Below are positions 34,080 to 45,933 of a DNA stretch of 64,000 nt, in pieces. The notes under the pieces were generated by a model, which saw only the letters and a program-made list of their open reading frames with translations, was not told where the DNA came from and searched no databases. The stretch is taken from NCBI GenBank assembly GCA_002269645.1, contig NIVC01002293.1, positions 1 to 64,000 on the forward strand, given 5' to 3'. The stretch's first letter is position 1; each line of letters starts with the position of its first letter. The position numbers and the translations under genes are program-made. Source of the stretch: Macrostomum lignano (taxonomy: Eukaryota).

Positions 34080-36680
34080 TCAGAATTTTAGTCTCTCTAA
34101 TAGGCTCCACACAGAGATTAGCCTTTTCAGATAGCACTGACATCTGTTTGGAGGCTTGGTCTGACTGCGCGTGTTATACCTTTTAGCTGGTATTGCGTCA
34201 TCCTGTCTCTCACTCTGCTCGGTATGCAATATCTCCTCCTTTGACTCACTGTGCTCGCGTGCAACCTCTTCCTCACTTTCTCTCTCTCCCTTGTGCTCAA
34301 GCTCTGATTCCTCACCCTTCTCACTTTCCTCACTCTCTGCTTCGATTTATTCCTCAATCTCCTCTTCTGAGCTCTCACGCTGTGGATTCTCACCTTCGCT
34401 TCCTTCTTCCCTAACTTCTACTTCTGCTCGTATCTCTAAATCGCTTCCTCTTACAGATTCATTTCCATCACGGAGTTTGCACTGCCAATTGATTTGGTCT
34501 TCTTCATCTGATGATGATGACTCTTCTTCTTGTTCACATAACTTCTTAGTTGGTCTAGTTCTGGTCTTCTTCTTGGGCTGGCTTCCCTTGCGTTTCGCCT
34601 TTGCCGCCTGGCTTCCCTTATCTTGAAGCTCTGCAGTCGGCATACTGGGCTGGCCTCCCTTGTCTATTGGCTCTCTGACTGAGTTTGGTACTAATGTCAT
34701 GTTGTCTCTATGCACTATTAGTTTATTGCCTGTTAATTCTCCATTTTCTTCCTTCTGAATTTTAAAGACAACTTCCGAAATATGCTTCAGGCTCATTCCA
34801 TATAAGCATGGTCATAACATGACAGGTTATTTTTACTTATAAAATGAAATCTAATAATAGAATATACTAAACCAATATTTTAAATGAAAGATTATTTTGT
34901 CTAGAATATATTTATAGAGTTTCATATAGATATCATCATTAGTATAGATGCTATTAAACCTTAAATGACACTTATGGTCGTAACGACAGGATTTTTGACA
35001 TATAGAAACTAAAAGGTAAAAGTCTTATAACATTTTTAATTTTTGATATTTTGCAATACATTTTTAAAATTTGACTAAGAACATCTTTAGAAATCATACT
35101 CTTTTATTAGAATATATAAACTCAAAAGGCAACAAAGATACAAAAGAAAAGGCAGCCTTATGGTCGTAACATATTTTTTTCTGTCAATTCAGTAACTTTG
35201 AGGTACTAATACATTAAAAATATAATAGATTATTTGGTCACCAATGCTTTTATCTGATGATGCAAGTACTATACTTTTATCTATAGTTTGTTTCAACCTT
35301 CAAAAGCTTTCTATTTGTTTTTAAAAGGTACAAAATCTTAATGATGTCTTGCTACGAAAAACGTCCAAATTTGTACAAAAATGACTTTTTGCCAATTGAT
35401 AACATAATAATCCAACATTTTACCATTCCTTTATTCTTAGATTGTATATATTGCACAATATAAACATTTGGTAAAAAAATAGGCTAATTAGGCAATGGCA
35501 AGCAAAAATATTGACTTTTTTCTATTTTCCAAATATGTCCATCTTATATGGAATGAGCCTTCAGCACTCTGTAAGCTGCTCTCTTTTTCCTATGAAATTT
35601 ATTTGACTCCTCGTTCTCTAATTGCGGATTATTGATTAATACTAAACTTCCTAGTGCGATATTTTTGGGCTTTTTCTGATTTTCTGCATTTTCCTGTCTA
35701 TGGCTATGCACCTTCTCGTACTTCTCTCTCACGAGCTTCCTTGCACTCTCCAGCCTCTTAGCATGTTTGGCAACATACGTTGGATAATTAGCGTAATTAC
35801 TCGACTTTCTAAGCTCACTATCCATAGGTAAAACTGCTTCTCTTCCGAATAATAGAAAATGAGGTGAATATCCGGTGGTCTGATTCACACTGGTTCTGAC
35901 TGCTACTAATGCTGCTGGGATTAACAGATCCCAATCGCTATGGTCTTTCTCTATTAAGCAAGTAATAATTGATTTAATTTGTTTATTAAATCGCTCTACC
36001 AAACCATTACTTTGGGCATGGTATGGGGTTGTGCACGTATGCTTAACATTATACAAATCACAAAACGAATTAAACTGCTTGCTAGTAAACGCTTTACCAT
36101 TGTCCGTGTGGATCCAATGGCACTGGCCATACTCACTGAACACTCTCTCTTGTAATAACTTGATAATCGTGTCTGCCTTCTGATTATGCATTGGGAAAGC
36201 AAACGGGTATCTCGTGTTACTGTCCACTATAGTTAAAACATACTGGTGCCCTCTCTTGCTTACTTTTGAGATCGGCCCGATCACGTCTATATGCAATCTA
36301 TGAAACAGTTCACTAATTGGAAATGACTGCACTGGCGCCTGAATCTTGTGACCTCTCTTGCTCTCTAGGCATGGAATACACTCTGCCACATATTTCTCTA
36401 CCTCAGTCACTAAACCTGGTCTCCAAACTCTCTCCTTAACTTGCTGGATTGTCTTATCTCTGCCTAAGTGTCCGGCTAGTGGGCTATCATATAGATCGCT
36501 AAGAACTAGCTTGTCCAAGGATCTAGGCAAGACGACTTTCCATTTCTCATCCTCTTCAATAAGGAGCATATCCTTTTCTAGCTTCATTTTCTCATAATGC
36601 TTGCTTAACTGCTTTAACTCTGGTGAAACACTCTCTTGAGATAGGGGAACTAACAGCTTGTCTTGCTTCCATTTGGCCAA
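34080..36680 (-). pseudogene. Gypsy integrase with long acidic C-terminal tail, interrupted by a MITE
   Basis: (H to Y)DSPLAGH...CIPC zinc finger; LHIDVIG / IHTDNG / SNGLVERFN DDE triad. Removing 34790-35559 plus the TSD (774 nt) rejoins YRVLK-HISEVVFKIQ. Premature TAA 34349-34347; end TGA 34082-34080. Confidence 0.9.
34790..35559. mobile_element. 770-bp MITE inserted in the integrase
   Basis: 17-bp perfect TIR GGCTCATTCCATATAAG; TSD TTCA (34786-34789 / 35560-35563; CTTCAG is also possible); AT-rich interior with TATGGTCGTAAC subrepeats. Confidence 0.9.
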
Positions 36681-38074
36681 AGTGCAAATTGCTGAGTCCT
36701 CTCTGAGCTTTTACAATCTGTTCCCTCTTCAAAGGTACTAGCAAATAATCAGTCAATAATTTTTCAACTTTAGGCATATCATTCTTCATGTGTTCAGGAT
36801 CAGTGTCTCGGTTCAGTTGCATAGTGCTAGAACTCAGTGCTGACACATCAGTTCCTTTCACACCTTTCTCTCCCAAGATTAATGACTCGATCCTAGATTC
36901 TAAATCAGTGGGATGCGGAGTCTGCATCTCTCCATCAATAGTTTTCCACGGCTTTCACGTCTTCTCTCATGACACTCACGCCATCTCCATTCACAGATTC
37001 ACTGTCTTTCACGCCTTCTCTACTGGCACTCACGCCTTCTTCGTTCACAGGTTCACTGGCTTTCACACCTTCTCTACTGGCACTCACGCCTTCTTCATTC
37101 ACAGATTCACTGGCTTTCACGCCTTCTCTACTGGCACTCACGCCTTCTTCGTTCACAGGTTCACTGGCTTTCACGCCTTCTCTACTGGCACTCACGCCTT
37201 CTCCAATTGTCTCAATTGTCATCGGAGCTCTATAATTAGCTTCAGAATTTTTTGCTAGGCGCACAGGGATTTGAAGTGCACTATTCGGCAGAATGACTGC
37301 CTTCTCCTGCGTATATACTTGGCAAACCTTTACCAGAAGGTGGGTATATTGCATAGGAATACACGTTCCTTCTTTCAAGATGAGCATGCCTTTTGTTAGA
37401 TGAATGCTCTCACACTGCTCTAGGAAAAACTCCATTCCAAGTATGTTGTCACACTCGTGGCTACATAGTAGGAAATCAATTTCGATCTCAAAGTCTCCGA
37501 ATTTCACTGCAGCACGCACTTCGCCATCTAACTGAACTCTCGTTCCATCGAATGTGGAAACTCTCTTATTCGTCTCCCTAATTTGATCTTGTTCGAATAA
37601 TTTTGACCACACTGATCAGCTTAAGAAATTGTTTCTAGCACCCGTGTCTAATAAAAAGTCTACCTCCTGCTTTTCTATATCGCCTACTACTATTGCCTCA
37701 TAACTTTTATGATTCACTAGTTCTATCTTAGATTTGACAAAAACTTTGCACTTGCTTACCTTCTTTGGCTTTGGTTGGCTTGCTTCGGGTGCAGATTCTT
37801 CTTCTTCTCGGGGCTCATCGGCTGATGCTGACTCGTCAACAGCAGATGCAGGGACAACATATCGCGATGCGGCGGATGCAGATGGTGCAGACGCAGAAAA
37901 TACAGATGGTGCAGACGCAGGTGCATTAAACGCATTATATACAGTTGCATCACGCATATGTCTCTTTTGAATGGGGACAGTTTGCCAACCTTCAGAATCG
38001 CACTTAGAGGCCTTCACTTTGCAATTAAATTTTCTGGAGGGACGTGGCCTCGTCTCTCGGCCCTCGAACTCTAG
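36681..38074 (-). pseudogene. Gypsy pol N-terminus: aspartic protease and spacer; RT/RNaseH absent
   Basis: VDFLLDTGARNNFLS* (TGA 37618-37616), then VRAAVKFGDFEIEIDFLLC...ILGMEF; no YxDD motif before the integrase. Confidence 0.85.
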
Positions 38075-39018
38075 TTTCCCTGATTACCTCGATTACGGAA
38101 CAAGCGGCACTGGTGATCCAAACCAGGCCTTATCGGTCCCGGATTCTGGCAGACTGCACACTTTCCTGGCTGTGGCACAAATGATTTGCCTACAAACTCC
38201 TTGGCCTGGGCCGATACATATTCGAAATTCGTGGCTGAAACGCCGGCTGCTGCTAAGATGCTTGACGTGGCATCTGAGCTGGACATGGCTGAGGCCCTGG
38301 CTTGTACAATGGCTTATACGCCATGAGCTCTTCAATTCTCTTCCTCTGCTGTTCCAGCTCATCCTTCTGCTGTCTCACCAGCTCCTGTAGCTTCTGCTGC
38401 TCATCCTCTCCCTCCTTCACTATCTTCACACCCTTTGTGTGACATATGCCAGGCTGCTTCAATCCTACGCAACATTCTCCTAGCCTCCTGCAGATTAGCT
38501 GGCTGCGCAAAAATTAGCTTCTCCCTAGTGTCTGTTGGGATTCTTACCCTCTTAATAAACTGTTCAACAACTTCTTCCTCGCGCTGTTCAGCGTTCATAT
38601 TCGGAAAAGGCCTTGTGGACAACTCAATCAATGCGTCGGCATAAGCTTCCGCAGTCTCGTTCCTACCCTGCATTCTTCCACGGAATTCCTCCCGAAATTC
38701 TGATGCACTACCTATCCTACCAAACCTCTCTACTAAGTGCTCCTTAAACTCCTCGTAAGTTAGTTCATCAGGCAAATTCAACCTTTGCACTGCAGCAAAT
38801 GCTGTCGCTAGATCTAAGTTAGCTAGTAGCTCAGTCTTCCTATGCTCTACTTCTATTCCTTCTGCTTTGCACCTCTGGTCGAAAGCAGTGAGCTAAATCC
38901 TAATATCCTGACTAGGCGTAAACTTCTGTATCTTCACATGCCTCAATGGTCCTAGCTCTAATCTATTCCTAATCTCCTCAGCTAAAAGTGCAATTGCATC
39001 ATTAATTCCTGCAGCCAT
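38071..39018 (-). pseudogene. Gypsy gag (disrupted)
   Basis: ATG 39018 MAAGINDAIALLAEE...KFTPSQDIRI*LTAFDQ...EEFKEHLVERFG...FRGRMQGRNETAEAYADAL (capsid-like), coiled coil, Cys/His motif, ends QGN*. Stops at 38895 and 38255 plus frameshifts. Confidence 0.88.
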
Positions 39019-39100
39019 CTTATCCGAATGTACTTTTGAAATGTACTTTTAACTACTTAAAACACTATACTAGATTCTCGCTGGTTCCTCGATCCTTTAT

Positions 39101-39110
39101 GCTGCCACCA
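39101..39110 (-). other. Primer binding site TGGTGGCAGC (tRNA-Leu type)
   Basis: 3 nt inside the 5' LTR; complementary to the 3' end ...GCUGCCACCA of eukaryotic tRNA-Leu(AAG/UAG). Confidence 0.8.
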
Positions 39111-39113
39111 AGT

Positions 39114-39931
39114 TGTAGCAGGCCTTCTGGCTCTCTCTATTTAATTCTAAAGCTTAATCACTGAACTGTACTAAAACTGCTAAATTTGCTATTTCTAAGA
39201 ATCCTATTTTTATACTTATATGTACTTTTATGTTATGGGCTATTGTCGCCACGAGTTACCCTTGGTAGCTTCAGTGCCCAAGTGGCAAGACACTGCTGAC
39301 TACTGCTAAATTCCTAAAATTATCCAGTCCAAACATGGCGTTTACCACAGACCGAGGGGTTTCCGGCTTCCTTTATTACTGTCTCTCACGACTTAGAACT
39401 GCATTACGCTAATCTGAGCAACCTGAAAATTCTCCCTTCCTGGGTAATCCAACCTTTCTACACTGGGTATTCCACCCTTTGTACTGGGTATTCCACCCTC
39501 TTTGCACTGGGTATTCCACCCTCTTTACTGGGTATTCCACCCTCTTTAATCAGCAATCCCTGCTTATCACTGTACTGGCAAAACGCTTTCTGCTATCCAA
39601 CATGGTAACTTAGTCTGCAATACTGCTTCAAAGGACTAATTCAGAAGAACCAAGAAATCTTAATTTCCTGTTAACTGATTAGGAACCCAAAAGGTTGAGG
39701 TTAAACATTCTATTGTGGCCTTATATTTATAGTGGTTACAGTCTCGTCTAATTGGCTTGTGTAACATGCATTAAAACAACATCAAATTAAAACAAAATTA
39801 TTTCACCTTACTAAAACAAAATTTCTATGTTTAAACAAAATAATGCATTAAAACAAAAATATACGGTATTTGTTATTTGGCAGGAATTTAATTTCGCAAA
39901 AAATACAAATTAAAACATAGACCCTTCTACA
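39114..39931 (-). repeat. 5' LTR (818 bp)
   Basis: TG...CA termini; 97.3% identical to the other LTR. Confidence 0.97.
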
Positions 39932-40484
39932 CTTGTATTACTTTTTTAATTTATTATAGTATATATACTCAGCAACATTGCCACCCATTTGCCCCAGTAA
40001 GCAGTGTCTTTCAACTAGTATCTATCACCTGGCCAACCATTTTGATATTAAAAAATGCTTTAAAAAATAATAAAAACTAGATAGAATCTTTAATCCTAGT
40101 GTTTTGCAAGGAAAAAATAATTTTTTTAAATTTTTAATATTAAGAATTAATTCAAGATTTAAATTCATAAGTGCTATGAGATAAAAATACATTTAAAATA
40201 ATTAATCATGTTGAAAGGTATCATGGATAAACCAGGTTACAAATTGGTAAATAATAATATTTTTTGCATATATCAGGTTAGCATCACATTGAATATCAAG
40301 AAGGGAAGTTTTATATTAACAGGTTTTTTCACTAAAAGTAAGCAATATGTATGTAGAATCTAATAATCTACAAAATAATTTTTTTGGTAATTCTAAGTTG
40401 TTAGATTCTATTGAAATGAAAAACAAAGTCTCTTGTCACAGGTTATGTTTTGTCTTATTATTTCACTTCACTGGCAGCTGAGCC

Positions 40485-43242
40485 ATGGCCTCCAGTGATG
40501 ATGGGCAGCCGCCAGCCAAGCAAGCCAAGAAGGCGGCCCATCTGCCACAGGCAGCAGCCGCCATCTTCAAGCATGGCCCCGGGCCAGCCAGTTCCCACAG
40601 CAGGGCTGAGGACTGGAGCCCCAATGGGTACACCAGCCCACTGCCACCCACGTGCCTGTCGCGGGTGACCAGGGAACTGCTGGACCTGGTCACCAACCCG
40701 CTGCCTGGCATAGCAGCTGTGCAGGATGAAGACGACCTGGGCAGGGTGCACGCCCTGCTCATTGGCCCCAGCGGCACGCCATATCAGGGTGGCTTCTTTT
40801 ATCTTGTGCTGCGAGTCACCGAGCAGTATCCCATGCAGCCGCCCAAGGCCCAGCTCATGACCACTGGTAGCGGGCAGGTGAGCCCAGCTCAGCGACCTTT
40901 CGAACTCTTTTTGATTTCCTCTTGCAATTCAAAACTTTATTGATCCAAATCAAACTTATTGATGCTTATGTTAATGATCCCCACACTCAATAATCCCCGA
41001 ACTCATTGATCCCTGACACTAATGATCCCCAATCTCATTAATCCCCGAACTCATTAATCCCTGACACTAATGATCCCCAATCTCATTAATCCCCGAACTC
41101 ATTAATCCCTGACACTAATGATCCCCAATCTCATTAATCCCCGAACTCATTAATCCCTGACATTAATGATCCCCAATCTCATTAATCCCCGAACTCATTA
41201 GTCCCTGACATTAATGATCCCCAAACTCATTCGATCCCACAGTTGATAGCCTCAAGTTTCATGATCTCTAAATTTAACCATCCCCAAGCTTCGAGTTCCC
41301 CGGAAAGTTTATGCAAATTTCCGGTAGGTTCCTGGGCTTCTGGGAATTATTTGTAACACTGTTGAAACACTTGTTCTCCGTCGCACAGGTGCGCTTCAAC
41401 CCGAACCTGTACAAGAACGGCAAAGTTTGCCTGAGCATCCTGGGTACCTGGGAGGGCCCCTGCTGGACTCCGGCTATGGGCCTCCGCTCCGTCCTGCTCT
41501 CTGTGCAGTCGCTGATGAACGAAAAGCCCTACCGAAACGAGCCCGGCTTCGCTAGCGCCAGCGTCAAGAAGTGCGACGAGTATAACGACATTGTGCAGCA
41601 TGAGACTCTTCGCGTGGCCGTCTGCGAGATGATGGAAGGCCGGGTGCCCATGCCGCAGTTGCTCAGACAGGTGGCTGATGGCATTCCGGGATTGGGGTTT
41701 CAGAACGGGATCAGGGATTGGGATTTCAGCATGGGGTCAGTGATTGGGATTTCAGAATGGGGTCAGGGATTGGGATTTCAGCATGGGGTCAGGGATTGGG
41801 ATTTCAGAATGGGGTCAGGGATTGGGATTTCAGCATGGGGTCGGGGATTGGGATTTCAGAATGGGGTCAGGGATTGGGATTTTAGCATGGGGTCAGGGAT
41901 TGGGATTTTAGCATGGGATCAGGGATTGGGGTTTCAGCATGGGGTCAGGGATTGGGATTTCAGCATGGGATCAGGGATTGGGATTTCAGCATCGGATCAG
42001 GGATTGGGATTTCAGAGTGGGATCAGGGATGGGATTTCAGAATGGGATCATGGATTGGGATTTCAGCATCGGATCAGGGATTGGGATTTCAGAGTGGGAT
42101 CAGGGATGGGATTTCAGAATGGGATCATGGATTGGGATTTCAGCATGGGGTCAGGGATTGGGATTTCAGCATGGGGTCAGGGATTGGGATTTCAGCATGG
42201 GGTCAGGGATTGGGATTTTAGCATGGGGTCAGGGATTGGGATTTCAGCATCGGATCAGGGATTGGGATTTCAGAGTGGGATCAGGGATGGGATTTCAGAA
42301 TGGGATCATGGATTGGGATTTCAGCATCGGATCAGGGATTGGGATTTCAGAGTGGGATCAGGGATGGGATTTCAGAATGGTATCATGGATTGGGATTTCA
42401 GCATGGGGTCAGGGATTGGGATTTCAGCATGGGGTCAGGGATTGGGATTTCAGCATGGGGTCAGGGATTGGGATTTCAGCATGGGGTCAGGGATTGGGAT
42501 TTCAGCATGGGGTCAGGGATTGGGATTTCAGCATGGGGTCAGGGATTGGGATTTCAGCATGGGGTCAGGGATTGGGATTTCAGCATGGGGTCAGGGATTG
42601 GGATTTCAGCATGGGGTCAGGGATTGGGATTTCATCATGGGGTCAGGGATTGGGATTTCAGCATGGGGTCAGGAATTGGGATTTCAGCATGGGGTCAGGG
42701 ATTGGGATTTCGGCATGGGGTCAGGGATTGGGATTTCAGCATGGGGTCAGGGATTGGGATTTCAGAATGGGATTAGGGATTGGGATTTCAGCATGGGGTC
42801 GGGGATTGGGATTTCAGAATGGGATCAGGGATTGGGATTTTAGCATGGGGTCAGGGATTGGGATTTCAGAATGGGATCAGGGATTGGGATTTTAGCATGG
42901 GGTCAGGGATTGGGTTTTCAGAATGGTATCAGGGATTGGGATTTCAGCATGGGGTCAGGGATTGGGATTTCAGCATGGGGTCAGGGATTGGGATTTCAGC
43001 ATGGGATCAGGGATTGGGATCTTGACTCACACCGAACTGCCCTCTCCCTCCAGGAGATGCGCAGCGCTTTCGGGCAGCACTACCAGTACTACACAGACCT
43101 GTGCAGGCGCCACATCAACCGAGACGGCAAGCCGATGCGAGACCCGTTCAACCCAGGCCAGGCCAAGTTCAGCTACGGTTCCGTGTTGAAACGCCTGGAG
43201 TCTGTCAACCAGCAGCTGTCGGCCGGGGCCGGCTCATCCTAG
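40485..43242 (+). CDS. UBE2Z: Ubiquitin-conjugating enzyme E2 Z; exons 40485-40877, 41389-41670, 43054-43242 (287 aa)
   Basis: [17 protein letters not shown]...[17 protein letters not shown]|[21 protein letters not shown]...NEPGF...[14 protein letters not shown]...|EMRSAF...MRDPF, with the catalytic Cys; all phase-0 GT-AG junctions. Confidence 0.95.
40975..41225. repeat. 48-bp higher-order minisatellite built from ~16-bp subunits
   Basis: ATCCCCGAACTCATTAATCCCTGACACTAATGATCCCCAATCTCATTA units in UBE2Z intron 1. Confidence 0.9.
41685..43020. repeat. 26-bp G-rich minisatellite (GGGATTGGGATTTCAGCATGGGGTCA)n
   Basis: Fills UBE2Z intron 2. Confidence 0.97.
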
Positions 43243-43626
43243 GGTTTGCCCTGGTGTGCTGGGTGACTTGAAATGCGTTTTTTGAGTTTGCATTTTACAT
43301 TTTCTTAGTTTCATGTTCATCAGTCTTCATGGTTTTATTTGAATTTGTTCGACTGCAAGAGGTGCTGATGCTGTCAATGCTTTCTCACCGTCTTCTTTGG
43401 CTGCTAACTCTGCATATTACTGCCTCTACGAGTTATAAGTAGTATAGTAAAATGATGCATGCGTTGCTTCCTTGAGACCTGTAAATGTTGAAGTAAATTT
43501 TAGCAAAGCAGAAATAACCATTTCTATTTAGACCGAGCTTGAACAGCGATACTTGTTTGTTATAATCATCTTTTTGAATTGTTTTAAAGTGACTTTTTCA
43601 TTTCGAAATGGCACGAAGTACTTCGA

Positions 43627-44290
43627 GGTTTTGGGTCTGTTCGAGTTTCACTTGAGTCAAATCGAGTTTCACTTGATTCAGTTCGAGTTTCACTTGAGTC
43701 AAATCGAGTTTCACTTGATTCAGTTCGAGTTTCACTTGATTCAGTTCGAGTTTGAGTTGAGTCAGCTCGAGTTTCACTTGAGTCAGTTCGAGTTTGAGTT
43801 GAGTCGGATCGAGTTTCACTTGATTCAGTTCGAGTTTGAATTGAGTCAGTTCGAGTTTGACTTGAGTCAGTTCGAGTTTGAGTTGAGTCAGTTCGAGTTT
43901 GACTTGAGTCAGTTCGAGTTTGAATTATTAAGTCAGATCGAGTCACTTAAGTCGGATCGAGTTTCACTTGATTCAGTTCGAGTTTGAATTGAGTCAGTTC
44001 GAGTTTAAATTGAGTCAGATCGAGTTTGAATTGAGTCGGATCGAGTTTGAATTGAGTCAGTTCGAGTTTGAATTATTAAGTCAGATCGAGTTTGAATTGA
44101 GTCGGATCGAGTTTGAATTGAGTCAGTTCGAGTTTGAATTATTAAGTCAGATCGAGTTTCACTTAAGTCGGATCGAGTTTCACTTGAGTCAGTTCGAGCT
44201 TTACTTAAATCAGTTCGAGCTTTACTTAAATCAGTTCGAGCTTTACTTAAATCAGTTCGAGCTTTACTTAAATCAGTTTGAGCTTTACTT
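43627..44290. repeat. 21-bp degenerate minisatellite (GAGTCAGTTCGAGTTTGAATT-like)n
   Basis: Tandem units; 7-aa periodic ORFs. Confidence 0.93.
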
Positions 44291-44949
44291 AAACAGTTCA
44301 TTTCAAACAATTAGCCAGCTTCAATGATGAAGCTGTTCTCACTGTTGAGTTGCTTTAGAGTTTTCAGAGACGACAATAGCAATCGGGGTTTCACATGCCC
44401 TTCCATTTCCTGTCGGAGTCTTAGGGACCAGGTGAGGCGGTTTGAGGAAGTTTTTTTCAAAGAAAATTTAATGGATCAAAATTATCCAAAAAATTTGAGA
44501 CACATGCTCAGGCTGAGAAGTATAGTGTTCCAGCTTTAGTCTTCGTATTTTTTGTTACGTGTATCGTGTAATCTACATGACAGTACGGGTACTCACTGAG
44601 ATATAGGGCAGCCCTTAAAACCCACCTGAAGCTGCCACAAGTCACGTTCGAGTGGCAACAGATAAGCGATGCTTGCTATCGAATATCTCACCCGTACATT
44701 CAGATGCCTTTGATGCGCTAACTCCCAACTGTGAATTCTCATGGTTCTCATGATAACTGAGATGCTATACACACCTGCACCCCCAGTATTCCGGTGCAGG
44801 AATGGCTGGAGAGATTTCTCTCTGACTCGCTAGCCTAGCCCAGGGGTTAGAGTCCTGCATGTGGTCAAGGCAACCCTAAGGTTACTGGACTGACGGCTCC
44901 GGCGGCGGCAACCCATCCTTGATTTTTGACTTGTGATGTTTTGGGTGCA

Positions 44950-45130
44950 CTGGATAATCCGGAAGTGTACCTGCGCATATTCTGAGGCTCTGAGGGACCC
45001 GTATTACCTTCTCACCTTTAACAGGGGACCTGGGCTCTTACATGTATAACCATGCAGTTTCTCATGGTTGCTAAGGGGTCAGGCCGGATAAGGGCTTGAG
45101 CCAACCACACCCAAGCCGCTATAAATTTTT
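44950..45130 (-). mobile_element. Possible second SINE-like repeat
   Basis: B-box-like GGTTGGCTCAAGCCC followed by GTAAGAGCCCAGGTCCCCTGT, loosely resembling invertebrate SINE central domains; single copy in this window. Confidence 0.3.
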
Positions 45131-45933
45131 GCTGGCTGTTGTGTTTGGGCTTTACGGCCTAGTATGCAGTCTCTCTCAACAAGCACCCCATCTGACTTTT
45201 AACGACTCGCGGAGCACAATGGCAGCCCGTGGTCGCCACATTTTTTAGGAATGGGCCAGCGACGCCTCCCTGCTTGCGTCCGGATGTCCGGGGCCCCCTG
45301 CAGCTAGGCGCGAGGTCAAGACTGCGTCTTCAATAATTTTTGTCAAACTTGGCTATAAATTTTAGCACAGCTTCATTTGCAATTTGGGGGTCCAGAAGGT
45401 GAAGCATTGACAATTTAATTGCTAAAAATCGACCTGCAGTGAAAATTGCAGCATCTACTTGATTGTTGCCATGAATATTGATCCAATCAGCACAGCAGCT
45501 CAGTAGTAAACTAAGCTTCAATTTCGTGCGCGGCCGCATTCATGCCCTGCGATTCACATCCATGATGGCACAGAGTGCACATGCCTGACGATTGGACAGT
45601 CAGGGCCGCGGTACACCCTGTGTGAGCGTGTGCTTGATCAGTTCGTGTCTGCGTACGAGCGTACAGTATTGGCGCTCGTATGTGTGATCAAAAGTCGCTG
45701 GTGTCACAGAACGACGTCGCAGATAAACGTTTCTGCATTGCAGCTCAGCAACAAATAGTTGAATTCTACTGAACTGCATAGTGAATTTACAGATGCCATC
45801 CTGGGCGAGCTCAGTCCAGGCTGGTCAGATCTGATTGGCCATCCAGGCAGTTTCTCTCCCTGTTTAAAATCGGCTCCCCCGGCAACTGCAGCCGAGATTC
45901 GCGCCCTCCTCTCTCTCTCAGCACCCAGCAGCC

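Larger units (their letters stand above)
31425..39931 (-). mobile_element. Ty3/Gypsy LTR retrotransposon, non-autonomous (RT/RNaseH missing)
   Basis: Two 818-bp LTRs (TGTAGAAGG...GCTACA on minus), PBS, gag, protease before integrase (Gypsy order), extra ORF; no clear TSD. Confidence 0.95.

Noticed and set aside
41671-43053. UBE2Z intron 2 as an in-frame exitron (1383 nt, 3n)
   Set aside because: An in-frame TAG at 42841-42843 blocks read-through.
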